Part shown: piece after piece, positions 29,801 to 37,536 of the stretch | Numbering within the stretch: position 1 is the stretch's first letter | Layout of the letters: the number at the start of each line of letters is the position of its first letter | Source: an uncultured Verrucomicrobiae bacterium | Lineage (GTDB): Bacteria; Verrucomicrobiota; Verrucomicrobiia; Chthoniobacterales; JAFAMB01 | Reading direction: 5' to 3' | DNA: 64,000 nt | NCBI GenBank assembly: GCA_963762565.1 | Contig: CAVXLD010000005.1 | Location: 448,001 to 512,000 of the forward strand | Program-made: the position numbers and the translations under genes | The notes under the pieces: generated by a model | The model's database searches: none | What the model saw: only the letters and a program-made list of their open reading frames with translations | Told to the model about the DNA's origin: nothing

Positions 29801-31733
29801 TGCCGATGGCATCGGAGAAATAGTGGCAGATTTTATCTCGGAACGAGGACAAGAATGTGTCCTAGTTTCACCAGCCCAAGAGTATCAGTTTGGAAAAGGA
29901 ACCAGGGCGAAAATCGATCCGCTGCGGCCGAAAGACTTCGAGCGTCTGTTTTTAGAAGCGAGTGAGGCTCACATGTGCCCCCTCAACGGCGTTTTGAACT
30001 TATGGCCCGGGAACGAGCAAATCGGGACCGAAACAACGGCAACCGAATGGGAAGCGGCGCAACAGCGCGTGGCTGCTGGAGTGCTTCATGCCACGCAGGC
30101 GTTTCTTGCTCTTCCCTCTTACTCCTCCTCGAGAGACGCCCGCATTTGGATCGTCACTCGTGGAGGACAACCAGTCCCGTTTGAGGGCAGCTCAAGCGAT
30201 CGTGTTTCCGAGCCCATACAGGCTCTCGCCTGGGGTCTGGCTCGCGTGATTTCCTTAGAACATCCCGGGCGGTTTGGCGCCATTATTGATCTTGATCCCG
30301 TTACTGCGGGCCGGGAGTCGGCTGCCGCTCTCTGGAGCGAGATTGAGCTTGGCGACGATGAAGATGCCGTCGCTTATCGAGACGGGCAGCGGTTCTTGCC
30401 CCGCCTGGTTCACACCGAAAGACCACCAGCAAAACCATTTTCTCTTAGCAGTCGTGGGTCTTACGTCGTCACCGGCGGATTAGGAGGCCTTGGACTGTTG
30501 ATCACGGAGTGGTTGGCGGCCCGCGGCGCAGGCCAAATCGTGCTAGTTTCGCGACGGGCTTTTCCCGACCGCAGGCTCTGGTCGGATTTGCCTACGGATG
30601 ATCCGCATCGAGCAGTTGTTCAGACCATTATTAGAGCAGAAAAGTTGGGGTCAAAAGTCACCGTTGAACAAGGCGATGTAGGTAACGAAGAAGCGATGCG
30701 CGTGATTTTAGATCCCTTCTCCAAAGCGGATTTTCCGTTACGTGGGATCATCCATTGTGCCATGGATATGACCGGTTATTCTATCCGTGATCTGGACCTC
30801 GAAGCGTTTCGAAAAATGTGCCACCCGAAGGCTCTCGGCGCGTGGGTACTTCACAGGCTGACGAGCGAAATGGACCTGGATTTCTTCATACTTTTCTCTT
30901 CGATCACGGCTCTATGGGGGGCGAGCGGTTTGGGCCATTACGCCGCAGCTAACCAAACGCTGGATTCATTGGCGAATTGGCGGAGAAGACGCGGGCTGCC
31001 AGCGTTATCCGTCAATTGGGGAACCTGGGACGAGATGCGCGTCGCGACTAAAGCGGATAAAGAACTGTTCGAGCGAGCGGGCCTTCGCCCAATGCCTGCT
31101 GCCCGGGCTTTAGCTGCCTTGGAGCGGTTGATTCAGAATCATACCGGGACGGCGGACCACAGCTCGGCGGTGGCTTCAGCCGTGGTTGCATCGGTCGATT
31201 GGGAGGCGCTTCGAGGCGTTTACGAAGCGCGTCGCGCGCGTCCTATCTTTTCAGAGATACAATCCCAGCGCGCAGAATTCCAGAAGAGTCGTATCGAGAG
31301 ATTATCCATATCAAGACCTGATTTCCTCGGTCAGTTGCGAAGGGCACCGGCTTCGCGCCGTCGGGAGATTTTAGTTGCACAGCTGCGTTCGCTCGCCGGC
31401 GAGGTGCTGGGGTTCGAGCCCTGTCGTGAAATTGATCTGGAGCAGGGCCTTTTCGATATGGGAATGGATTCTCTGATGGCAGTTGAGCTAAAGGGACGTT
31501 TAGAACGGAGTTTGGACCTTCAACTTTCTTCGAGCGTCATGTTTGACTATCCAAATATCAGAGCGCTGACTGACTATATTCTTACCGAGGCATTCGATTC
31601 CGAACCGTTTAAGGAAACGACTGGAGCGCTATCCAACGGTGCTCAAGCTCTATCGGATATCGAAGCGTTAAATGACGCTAGCGAAGACGAGATCGCTAAC
31701 CTACTTCTGACCAGGCTGGAACAGCTCAAATGA
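26814..31733 (+). CDS. Type I PKS module KS-AT(malonyl)-KR-ACP
   Basis: KS DTACSSS, AT QTQYTQ/GHSVG/HAFH, KR with Trp (ITALWG) and YAAAN, ACP GMDSLM. ATG 26814 preferred over track start 26742. Confidence 0.97.
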   Translation: MSQSQASREQLSPLKRAILELRELRAKLEGADRSQREPIAIIGMGFRLPGGAHEESSLWRILSDGIDVITEIPGDRWDLEAYYDPDPDMPGKMNCRHGAFLSGVDRFDAEFFGISPREAASMDPQHRLLLETSWQALENAAIAPASLRDTKMGAFVGVSTNDYGRMVYDDEEGIDAYSTVGNSYSAAAGRLSYFFGVHGPSMAIDTACSSSLVAVHQACRSLRQGECNLALAAGVNVILTPQANINFCKSRMLASDGRCKTFDASADGYVRGEGCAVLVLKPLSSALASGDRILAVIRGSAVNQDGRSGGLTAPNGPAQEAVIREALVAADVVPHEVSYLEAHGTGTSLGDPIEVRAACAVLCKDRSPDQPLAIGSIKTNIGHLEAAAGIAGLLKVILAFQHKLIPANLHLKKKNPYIDWDRWPIVIPTALTPWNPANGRRIAGVSSFGFSGTNAHVIVSEPPPAEISSELPGQNAVQLSATPVQLLPLSARNESALLELAGRYQQLFSKNPNLQLADVCHTAGIGRSHFEYRLAMVAADLPEAEERLAAFLSDRKDRGFSGRRIKSVTPGVVFMFSGQGSQYPGMARELFETQPVFRRELEKCAEILKPLFPVPLLELFFADDSQSRDENKENLLSQTQYTQPVLFALEYALATMWRSWGVEPVTVLGHSVGEYVAACVAGVFSLEDGLQLIAERGRLIGALPAGGMMAAVSADESRVAKAIQARGSRVAVACINGPANVVVSGESEEIESLLSALKDEGVHSRSLVVSHAFHSELMDPILDSFVRAAAKVRYSEPLIPIVSNVTGRLVTPGLMSNPEYWRGHIRKPVQFAGSIRFLRETGQSVFLEIGPQPVLSVMARATAPETDVVWAMSLNRSQKNWESLLEAASTLYVHGIDLDWRCLPTTRKGKPISLPTYPFQRSRFWLENRKPHDDTVAPVAGSDAESWFYCLEWRAQRPLAMAAGRGGIGRADFTSAVMGEDKSKKISHGFWIVLGDADGIGEIVADFISERGQECVLVSPAQEYQFGKGTRAKIDPLRPKDFERLFLEASEAHMCPLNGVLNLWPGNEQIGTETTATEWEAAQQRVAAGVLHATQAFLALPSYSSSRDARIWIVTRGGQPVPFEGSSSDRVSEPIQALAWGLARVISLEHPGRFGAIIDLDPVTAGRESAAALWSEIELGDDEDAVAYRDGQRFLPRLVHTERPPAKPFSLSSRGSYVVTGGLGGLGLLITEWLAARGAGQIVLVSRRAFPDRRLWSDLPTDDPHRAVVQTIIRAEKLGSKVTVEQGDVGNEEAMRVILDPFSKADFPLRGIIHCAMDMTGYSIRDLDLEAFRKMCHPKALGAWVLHRLTSEMDLDFFILFSSITALWGASGLGHYAAANQTLDSLANWRRRRGLPALSVNWGTWDEMRVATKADKELFERAGLRPMPAARALAALERLIQNHTGTADHSSAVASAVVASVDWEALRGVYEARRARPIFSEIQSQRAEFQKSRIERLSISRPDFLGQLRRAPASRRREILVAQLRSLAGEVLGFEPCREIDLEQGLFDMGMDSLMAVELKGRLERSLDLQLSSSVMFDYPNIRALTDYILTEAFDSEPFKETTGALSNGAQALSDIEALNDASEDEIANLLLTRLEQLK

Positions 31734-32127
31734 TAGGGTCGGCCTTACGTACCAAATTAGCGCATTTCGTTGTCTCCGTGCTCCGAGACAGCTCGATAGT
31801 TAAAGCTGCTTATCGGTAGCAGGGCTCCTGACGCGCTACATCGCTGGCCGCCGCACATCTGTGTGGTGGCCATTTTTTTTTGCAGAATCGCAGAATCGTC
31901 AGTGTCCTGCTACATAAAGCCTCGTGTCTTTGCTGATTTTCGCACGTCTTCCAGTGGCAGAAGCCGGATTCCTAGCGCAAGCTGTCTATATGCCTCGGGG
32001 CCCTTAGCTGTCGCCTCTGATTAGTCGGGGCCAAGGTAAAAGCCGTAAACACTGAGACGCAAACCTGGACGGAGAATCGGTTCGAGACAGTTCGACGGGA
32101 TCAACGCGACGTGGAAAACGGTGCTTG

Positions 32128-32336
32128 AAAAGTGGCTAAGATTTTTCATTTCTTAGCTACTTTTAAGGTTCATCCCCGGACTGCTTTGACCTTTTATGAG
32201 CCGATGCTGCAACTGATGGAATGCCTCGGAAGCCTTGTCCACGAGCCACTTTGCGGCTCATGTCGGATTATAGAAAAACACCCGAATCCGTACACTCTTA
32301 ATCACTGGGTTGAAGGTTCGATTCCTTCACGGTGCA
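32128..32336 (+). repeat. Direct repeat copy 2 (att-like arm plus tRNA-Lys 3' fragment)
   Basis: Same hairpin, AAGGTTCATCCC, ATGAGCCG..CGGCTCAT and CCGTACACTCTTAATCACTGGG blocks as copy 1. Confidence 0.9.
32295..32336 (+). pseudogene. 3' half of tRNA-Lys(CTT), att-site remnant
   Basis: CTCTTAA loop, T-arm GAAGG-TTCGATT-CCTTC, ACGGTGC-A. Identical to 1531-1572 at 40 of 42 positions. Confidence 0.85.
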
Positions 32337-32430
32337 TTTCTTAACAGCTGATAGCTGCGTAGATTTTTATGCAGATAACGTGTCCACCTATGAGGGATTC
32401 GTAGCCCGCTGCAGGGCCACGCTTTTGAAT

Positions 32431-32731
32431 TTAACAGAAGAGCGTAAAGGCCTCAAAGGATGAGGAAAAGGAGAAAAACTCACGCAAAGACGCAAAGGTT
32501 AAGACCATGCAGGGCTGAGCTTTTTTGATTTCCAAGCGATGGAGCGGGTTGGCCCAGCGAAAATAGGCCGAGTCAGCAACAAACGAGCTGGTTAAGAACT
32601 ATTACCTCCCTAATGTCCTGGTATTTTGCGCGACATTTGCATGTGTCTTAGCCTTTACGCCTTTGCATGAGATTTCCTGTGCTTGGGTTGCGGCTAGGCC
32701 GCGCTGTGACCTTTGCCGCCTTCTGTTCAAA
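32431..32731. repeat. Nested imperfect inverted repeats (CGCAAAGACGCAAAG-type)
   Basis: 32479-32505 pairs with 32645-32671 (23/27). An outer AACAGAAG..AAAGG arm pairs with CCTTTG..CTTCTGTT near 32710-32731. Confidence 0.65.
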
Positions 32732-32984
32732 CCTTCTTCAGAGTTTCCTGTTACCGTTGCCCGGTACCCACACCAAACAGCGAGGAGCCAAAATTACTGA
32801 CTCCAATTCTCACGAAATCTCGGACCTTTTCGGTCCGAAGAAGGCTTCCTTAGGCCGAAAAATCGGACTCGGAATCGATTTAAAGCCGACGAATGTCGAA
32901 CTAGAGTACGCTGCGCGCGCAGCGGCCGACGAGGCTATGTTGGTGGAATCCTGAGTGCGGTTGTTATTTCGGGGGGGAGAATAG

Positions 32985-33146
32985 GGGTCGAGTCTATACA
33001 TTACACAGAGCGTCGAGGGGGACTAAAGTTCGATTTAGCTTTTTTTTCAACCATGGCGAGCTTGCGCTGGAGGGCACGATCCTTCTGTAACCGGCGAATG
33101 GCTATGCTGACGCCGTTATGGTGTAAACGAGAGCGACCCAAGCTCT
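32985..33146 (-). mobile_element. Truncated, internally deleted copy of the Y1-transposase element end
   Basis: Aligns with 34131-34306: terminal GGGTCGAGTCTATACATTACACAGAGC plus the 3' end of the transposase gene. Confidence 0.85.
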
Positions 33147-33215
33147 GTGCCAGGCGGCATTGACGCACAGGCTGGCCAGCCGATCACTCAGAGGTCATAG
33201 CTGATGCCACCAGAG

Positions 33216-33932
33216 CTATTTCCGCAGCATCATTCCGCCGTCGATGTGCAAAACCTGGCCCGTCGTGTACGTATTGAGCATCAGGAAGATGTAAGCCGAA
33301 GCGACTTCTTCCGGCGTCCCGAGACGCCCTAGGGGATTGATCTGAGAATAGGAGCGTATCCTGGCGTCTATCTCCTCGCGTGACTTCGCGCGCCACAAGG
33401 CCGTGTCCATGAACGCCGGGGCGACGACGTTCACACGCACGCGGGGGCCGAGTTCCGAACCCAGTCCTTGCGCCATGGCGGCGAGCGCCTGGTTCGCCAC
33501 GTAGCTCGCCGCCGCCTCCTGCGCCCGGACACCGCTTCCCGAGGTGAACGTCATGCTGCCGCCGTCGCGCACGAGGGGCGCGGCGAAACGGGCGATCAGC
33601 AGATTGGTCCAGAACTTCGAGTGCAGCACATGCCGCATTGTGTCGAGCGGCGTATGCAGGAAGCCGCCCGCCATGGTGTCGCCGATCATCGAGACAAGAT
33701 GGTCGAACTCGGGCAAGGCCGCGATGAATTCCTGAAGGGCAGAGTGGTCATGAGCATCGCCCACGACGCCCTGAGCATTGCCACCGAGCATTGACGCCGC
33801 ACTCGAGACCTTCACCGGATCCCGGCCCACGATGACCAGTGAAGCTCCTTCCGCACGAGCTTGGCGGGCAATCGCCAAACCGATGCCGGAGCTGCCGCCA
33901 ATTACGACAACCTTCTTACGCTCGAGTAGCAT
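33216..33932 (-). CDS. Short-chain dehydrogenase/reductase (atypical, no YxxxK Lys)
   Basis: VIGGSSGIG, RVNVVAPAFMDT, PLGRLGTPEEVA, TGQVLHIDGG. ATG 33932 preferred. Visibly GC-richer than its neighbours. Confidence 0.92.
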   Translation of the reverse strand: MLLERKKVVVIGGSSGIGLAIARQARAEGASLVIVGRDPVKVSSAASMLGGNAQGVVGDAHDHSALQEFIAALPEFDHLVSMIGDTMAGGFLHTPLDTMRHVLHSKFWTNLLIARFAAPLVRDGGSMTFTSGSGVRAQEAAASYVANQALAAMAQGLGSELGPRVRVNVVAPAFMDTALWRAKSREEIDARIRSYSQINPLGRLGTPEEVASAYIFLMLNTYTTGQVLHIDGGMMLRK

Positions 33933-34130
33933 TTCAGACCTCTCCAGTCTAAGCAACGTCGCACGGTATCGCAGTCTTCAAGGAGACTGTTGATGCAGTA
34001 GGCTTGAACCGGACTGTGCGGTGTATAGCTCATGAATACGAGAATCTACACCGGAATAATGGCTATTCCTTTGAGGAAACGCGAAACTACGTGGTGACAG
34101 GTGTAGCGGAAGAAAAAGGCGGACGAAAAA

Positions 34131-35269
34131 GGGTCGAGTCTATACATTACACAGAGCTTCGAGTGGACTAAATTCGATTGAGCGTTTTTTCAATCAGGGC
34201 GAGCTTGCGGTGGAGGGTACGATCCTTCTGTAACCGGAGGCTGAACCGCCGAATGGCGATGCTGACGGCGTTATGGTGTAAACCGCCTGAGAGCGACCCA
34301 AGCTCTTTCAAAGTCAGCCGGGCACGAGTCCTGCCAAGGAAAAGCGCGGTTTCGCGTGCGCCGCAACCGCGAGCATGCAGCAGTTGCTCCCAGGGACGAT
34401 CCCAAGCTTTAGTTACAGCCCTAACGATCTGCGTCCAGTCCAGCGCCTGCTTTGACGCACGGCGTAGCCCCGTCTGTTGATCTTGGTCCCCTCGAAGTAA
34501 CTTCCGCATCTGGGCCACAAACTCAGTGCTACCCAGTAACACCGTATACTTCAGACGGTTTTTCCAGTCCGTTTCCCAGTCCCCGGTTGCCGCCGCTTCT
34601 CGGAGTTGGCGGCGAAAAGCCTCTTGACGCTTTCGCTGTGATCCTTGGCCAAAGCACTCCAGAATTGCCTGAGTACTTAGCCAGTTAACCGGCGTTCTGA
34701 TTCCAGCAAAGTATCCGTAGGAACTCCACGGAAATTGCTCCAGGATCTCAACCCGCTGGCGAGCCAGGTCTTTAGTGATCTCAACCTCCGAGCTTGCCCG
34801 GCCTTCGTGACCACCCGCTGCCTTAACCCTGACCGGATTGAGATGGATATAGCGGTTGATGATGACCGCTTCGTCCAGCTCGTGCAGAATCGCTTTGAAA
34901 CGCCCCTGGAATAACGGACCAACCCGGCTGTACTTGCGGTTCAACCAAACGCTATAGCCGACATTGAGCCAATGAATGGCCCGGCTGAGGTTAGCTTCTG
35001 GCGTCTCGATCTGCAGATGATAATGATTGGGCATTAGCACGTAGCCGTGAAGCTTGACCCCGAACCGTCCTGGCAACGCGCTGAGCAGCTCCAAAAACCT
35101 TTCGTAACAACGCTGAGAACGGAAGATGGACCGCTTCTCAATGCCGCGGTTGAGCACGTGATACCAGGCGCCTGGGAAATCAATCCGGGTCGGTCGAGCC
35201 ATCCGGATTTTTGTGCCACCAGCAGGTCAAAAGCTCAAGAACATTGTGTGTAATGTATAGACGCGACCC
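34131..35269 (-). mobile_element. Y1 HUH transposase element bounded by 23-bp inverted repeats
   Basis: GGGTCGAGTCTATACATTACACA (34131-34153) versus TGTGTAATGTATAGACGCGACCC (35247-35269), 22/23 complementary. Confidence 0.8.
34168..35202 (-). CDS. IS200-like/RAYT-type Y1 tyrosine (HUH) transposase with C-terminal HTH
   Basis: YHVLNRG, YVLMPNHYHL (HUH), LFQGRFKA, YIHLNP (catalytic Tyr), WSSY, and a DnaA-C-like tail LTLKELG..HHNAVS. Confidence 0.92.
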   Translation of the reverse strand: MARPTRIDFPGAWYHVLNRGIEKRSIFRSQRCYERFLELLSALPGRFGVKLHGYVLMPNHYHLQIETPEANLSRAIHWLNVGYSVWLNRKYSRVGPLFQGRFKAILHELDEAVIINRYIHLNPVRVKAAGGHEGRASSEVEITKDLARQRVEILEQFPWSSYGYFAGIRTPVNWLSTQAILECFGQGSQRKRQEAFRRQLREAAATGDWETDWKNRLKYTVLLGSTEFVAQMRKLLRGDQDQQTGLRRASKQALDWTQIVRAVTKAWDRPWEQLLHARGCGARETALFLGRTRARLTLKELGSLSGGLHHNAVSIAIRRFSLRLQKDRTLHRKLALIEKTLNRI

Positions 35270-35413
35270 CGCTGCCTACCGGCCCGATTTCAACCTCCTT
35301 CTTGCCAAGCTAACCCTTCGCCAAACCTTCCAATTACTAACCCAAAATCCTCATACTAATTAGGCGCTATTGGGCAACAGCCCCTATAGACGCGACCCCG
35401 CTGCCTACCGGCC
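35256..35413 (+). repeat. 29-bp exact direct repeat spanning the element's right junction
   Basis: TATAGACGCGACCCCGCTGCCTACCGGCC at 35256-35284 and 35385-35413. Confidence 0.9.
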
Positions 35414-36038
35414 AGCGTCGCTGCCAGTTATGGTATATGCGATCAGATATGATTACTGTGAGAATCTTGTCTCGCGGTGTTTTTGCTTCCGGGCCTGCAC
35501 GCCGCTGCACCGATGTCGTTCAATGCCAATCATTTGAATTGAATAATCCGAATTTATTGTGAAATGGCGGAACAATAATGTAAACTTTTACATTATTTTC
35601 TTGCCCTCACAATCGAGGAATGGTTATCTCGCACACGACGTTAGCGCTACTAACGGAGAAACCCGTGACTGATGGTGCGGCCAACTAGACTGGCGATTGA
35701 CGGACGATGGCAGTGAAGAGCCTTCGAAATGCCGTCGATCTAGCTCGGCTCGTGCATGAGGTGGGAGAAGGACTTGGCTGTGATGATCGAGCGGCGATCT
35801 TCTGCATTTCTCCGGCGTTACTCCCGGCTTCCGCCTTAGGCGATAGACTTTTTCTTAGTGGGAATGTCTCTCCCGGCGAATGGGCCACTCTCGTATTCGT
35901 ATAAGAAAACGCAACTTTCCAGGGTCAGGGCGAGTGCGTGTCAATTGGGGGTTGCCTTATCCAGGCTCTCTGCGATTAACTTTGCTCGCTGGTTTCAACT
36001 CTTCGCACGTTGTCCGGACACGATTCCGTCCAAATTTT

Positions 36039-36824
36039 ATGGTCATCAAAGATAACGAATTCATCGATATCCCAACGCCTGCTGGGCCAATGCGCACCTA
36101 CGTTCTCTGTCCGGTCGCTGAAGGCCGTTACCCAGGAATCGTTTTGTTCTCAGAAATCTTTCAAGTGACCGGACCGATTCATCGTAGTGCCGCTGTGCTG
36201 GCCGGACACGGATTCGTGGTCGTCATCCCGGAAATATTTCATGAGCTCGAAGAACCAGGGACTGTGCTCCCATACGACCAAGCCGGGGCGGAACGAGGCA
36301 ACGCGGACAAAATCAACAAAGAACTCTCCAGCTACGATGCCGACGCCAAGGCCGCGGTGGGATATCTGAAATCGCATCCTAAATGTACCGGCAAGATCAG
36401 CTGTATGGGTTTCTGTATCGGTGGACACCTTGCCTTCAGATCTGCGACCAACCCCGAAGTGCTGGCGGCGACCTGTTGTTATCCGACCGACATCCACACG
36501 AGGACTCTGGGCAAAGGCTTAAACGACGATACGCTTGATCGAATCCCTGAGATCAAGGGCGAACTCCTGGTCGTGTTTGGCCGGCAAGACCCACACGTTC
36601 CCCGCGAAGGCCGGTCAACGATTTACGATGCGCTGACCGACGCTGGAACAAACTTCACCTGGCACGAATTCAATGCCGCCCATGCCTTTATGCGGGACGA
36701 AGGCGCTCGATACGACGCGGCTGCCGCCCGGACGGTCTATGCAATGGCGCTGGACCTGTTCCACCGCAAGCTTAGCGAGGGCGACCTCACGCAAATTCAA
36801 GGCTCCGCCGAAACGCGGCGTTAG
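36039..36824 (+). CDS. Dienelactone hydrolase family protein
   Basis: SEIFQVT, nucleophile elbow GFCIGG, GRQDPHVP, HAFMRDEG. ATG 36039 preferred over track start 35880. Confidence 0.93.
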   Translation: MVIKDNEFIDIPTPAGPMRTYVLCPVAEGRYPGIVLFSEIFQVTGPIHRSAAVLAGHGFVVVIPEIFHELEEPGTVLPYDQAGAERGNADKINKELSSYDADAKAAVGYLKSHPKCTGKISCMGFCIGGHLAFRSATNPEVLAATCCYPTDIHTRTLGKGLNDDTLDRIPEIKGELLVVFGRQDPHVPREGRSTIYDALTDAGTNFTWHEFNAAHAFMRDEGARYDAAAARTVYAMALDLFHRKLSEGDLTQIQGSAETRR

Positions 36825-36952
36825 ACGCGCACCGCACAGCGGCTGTTGGTTGTAATTGTTTTAACCGTTTTTTCTGAGTATAACGTTACCGGTTCTGCAT
36901 CTCCTTCTAACGAGATGCTGCAGGGTTGTCGGTCCTGTAACAGGTAGGAGCC

Positions 36953-37345
36953 ATGTTGGAATTCCTAAAGATAAATATTTCCAGGGACCAGTCTAAGGAC
37001 ACTGGAATGGCCATGACTCTCATTTTGTTGCTATTGAACCGCTCGTTCAGGCACGACGCTTGGCTCATCGGAGCTATCGCAGCACTGGTGATTGCCATGA
37101 CAGTACCCCAAGTCTACCGGCCTTTAGCCGTGGTCTGGTTTGGCCTGTCTCATCTTATCGGGATGTTCACATCCAAAATAATTCTATCCGCCGTCTTCTT
37201 TGGCGTGGTGATGCCCGTCGGATTGCTACGGAGATTTTCCGGGAAAGACCCTTTGAATCTGAAGGCATTCAAGGCCGGCAGTACCTCGGTAATGAAAGAG
37301 AGAAATCATCGCTTTGTGGCCGCAGATCTCGAAAAACCGTATTAA
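36953..37345 (+). CDS. SxtJ-family membrane protein
   Basis: Two to three hydrophobic segments, WFGLSHLIG...IILSAVFFGVVMPVGLL.R..GKDPL. Typical position next to a carbamoyltransferase. Confidence 0.85.
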   Translation: MLEFLKINISRDQSKDTGMAMTLILLLLNRSFRHDAWLIGAIAALVIAMTVPQVYRPLAVVWFGLSHLIGMFTSKIILSAVFFGVVMPVGLLRRFSGKDPLNLKAFKAGSTSVMKERNHRFVAADLEKPY

Positions 37346-37360
37346 GCGAAAGCGTTACCC

Positions 37361-37510
37361 GTGGAATTCCTGAAGGATCTTTGGTGTTTTCTAAAAATCC
37401 GAAAGAAATTTTGGCTCTTACCGTTAGTCTTGGTTCTTCTTTTGTTCGGGATTCTAACGGTGTTTGTGGGTACCTCGGCGATCGCGCCGTTTATTTATTC
37501 GATGTTCTGA
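37361..37510 (+). CDS. SxtK/DUF5989-like 49-aa membrane microprotein (missing from the ORF track)
   Basis: GTG start; translates to MEFLKDLWCFLKIRKKFWLLPLVLVLLLFGILTVFVGTSAIAPFIYSMF. Confidence 0.9.
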   Translation: MEFLKDLWCFLKIRKKFWLLPLVLVLLLFGILTVFVGTSAIAPFIYSMF

Positions 37511-37536
37511 CATGCATCAAAGATGGGACGCATCGA

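Larger units (their letters stand above)
1573..32336. mobile_element. Putative tRNA-Lys-integrated genomic island carrying the PKS-NRPS cluster (no integrase inside)
   Basis: Bounded by two tRNA-Lys 3' fragments 30764 bp apart, each broken at the anticodon loop and preceded by the same ~170-bp arm. Contents are accessory genes. Confidence 0.7.

Noticed and set aside
4791..31374. Numerous short alternative-frame and antisense ORFs inside the PKS/NRPS genes
   Set aside because: Shadow ORFs expected in GC-rich coding DNA; no independent motifs.
31734..32127. Integrase remnant next to the right att
   Set aside because: The frames I translated showed no tyrosine-recombinase motifs. BLASTX would be needed to exclude a decayed copy.
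37060..37536. N-terminal extension of the carbamoyltransferase in the ORF track
   Set aside because: It overlaps the sxtJ-like and sxtK-like genes in other frames; family similarity starts only near 37570.
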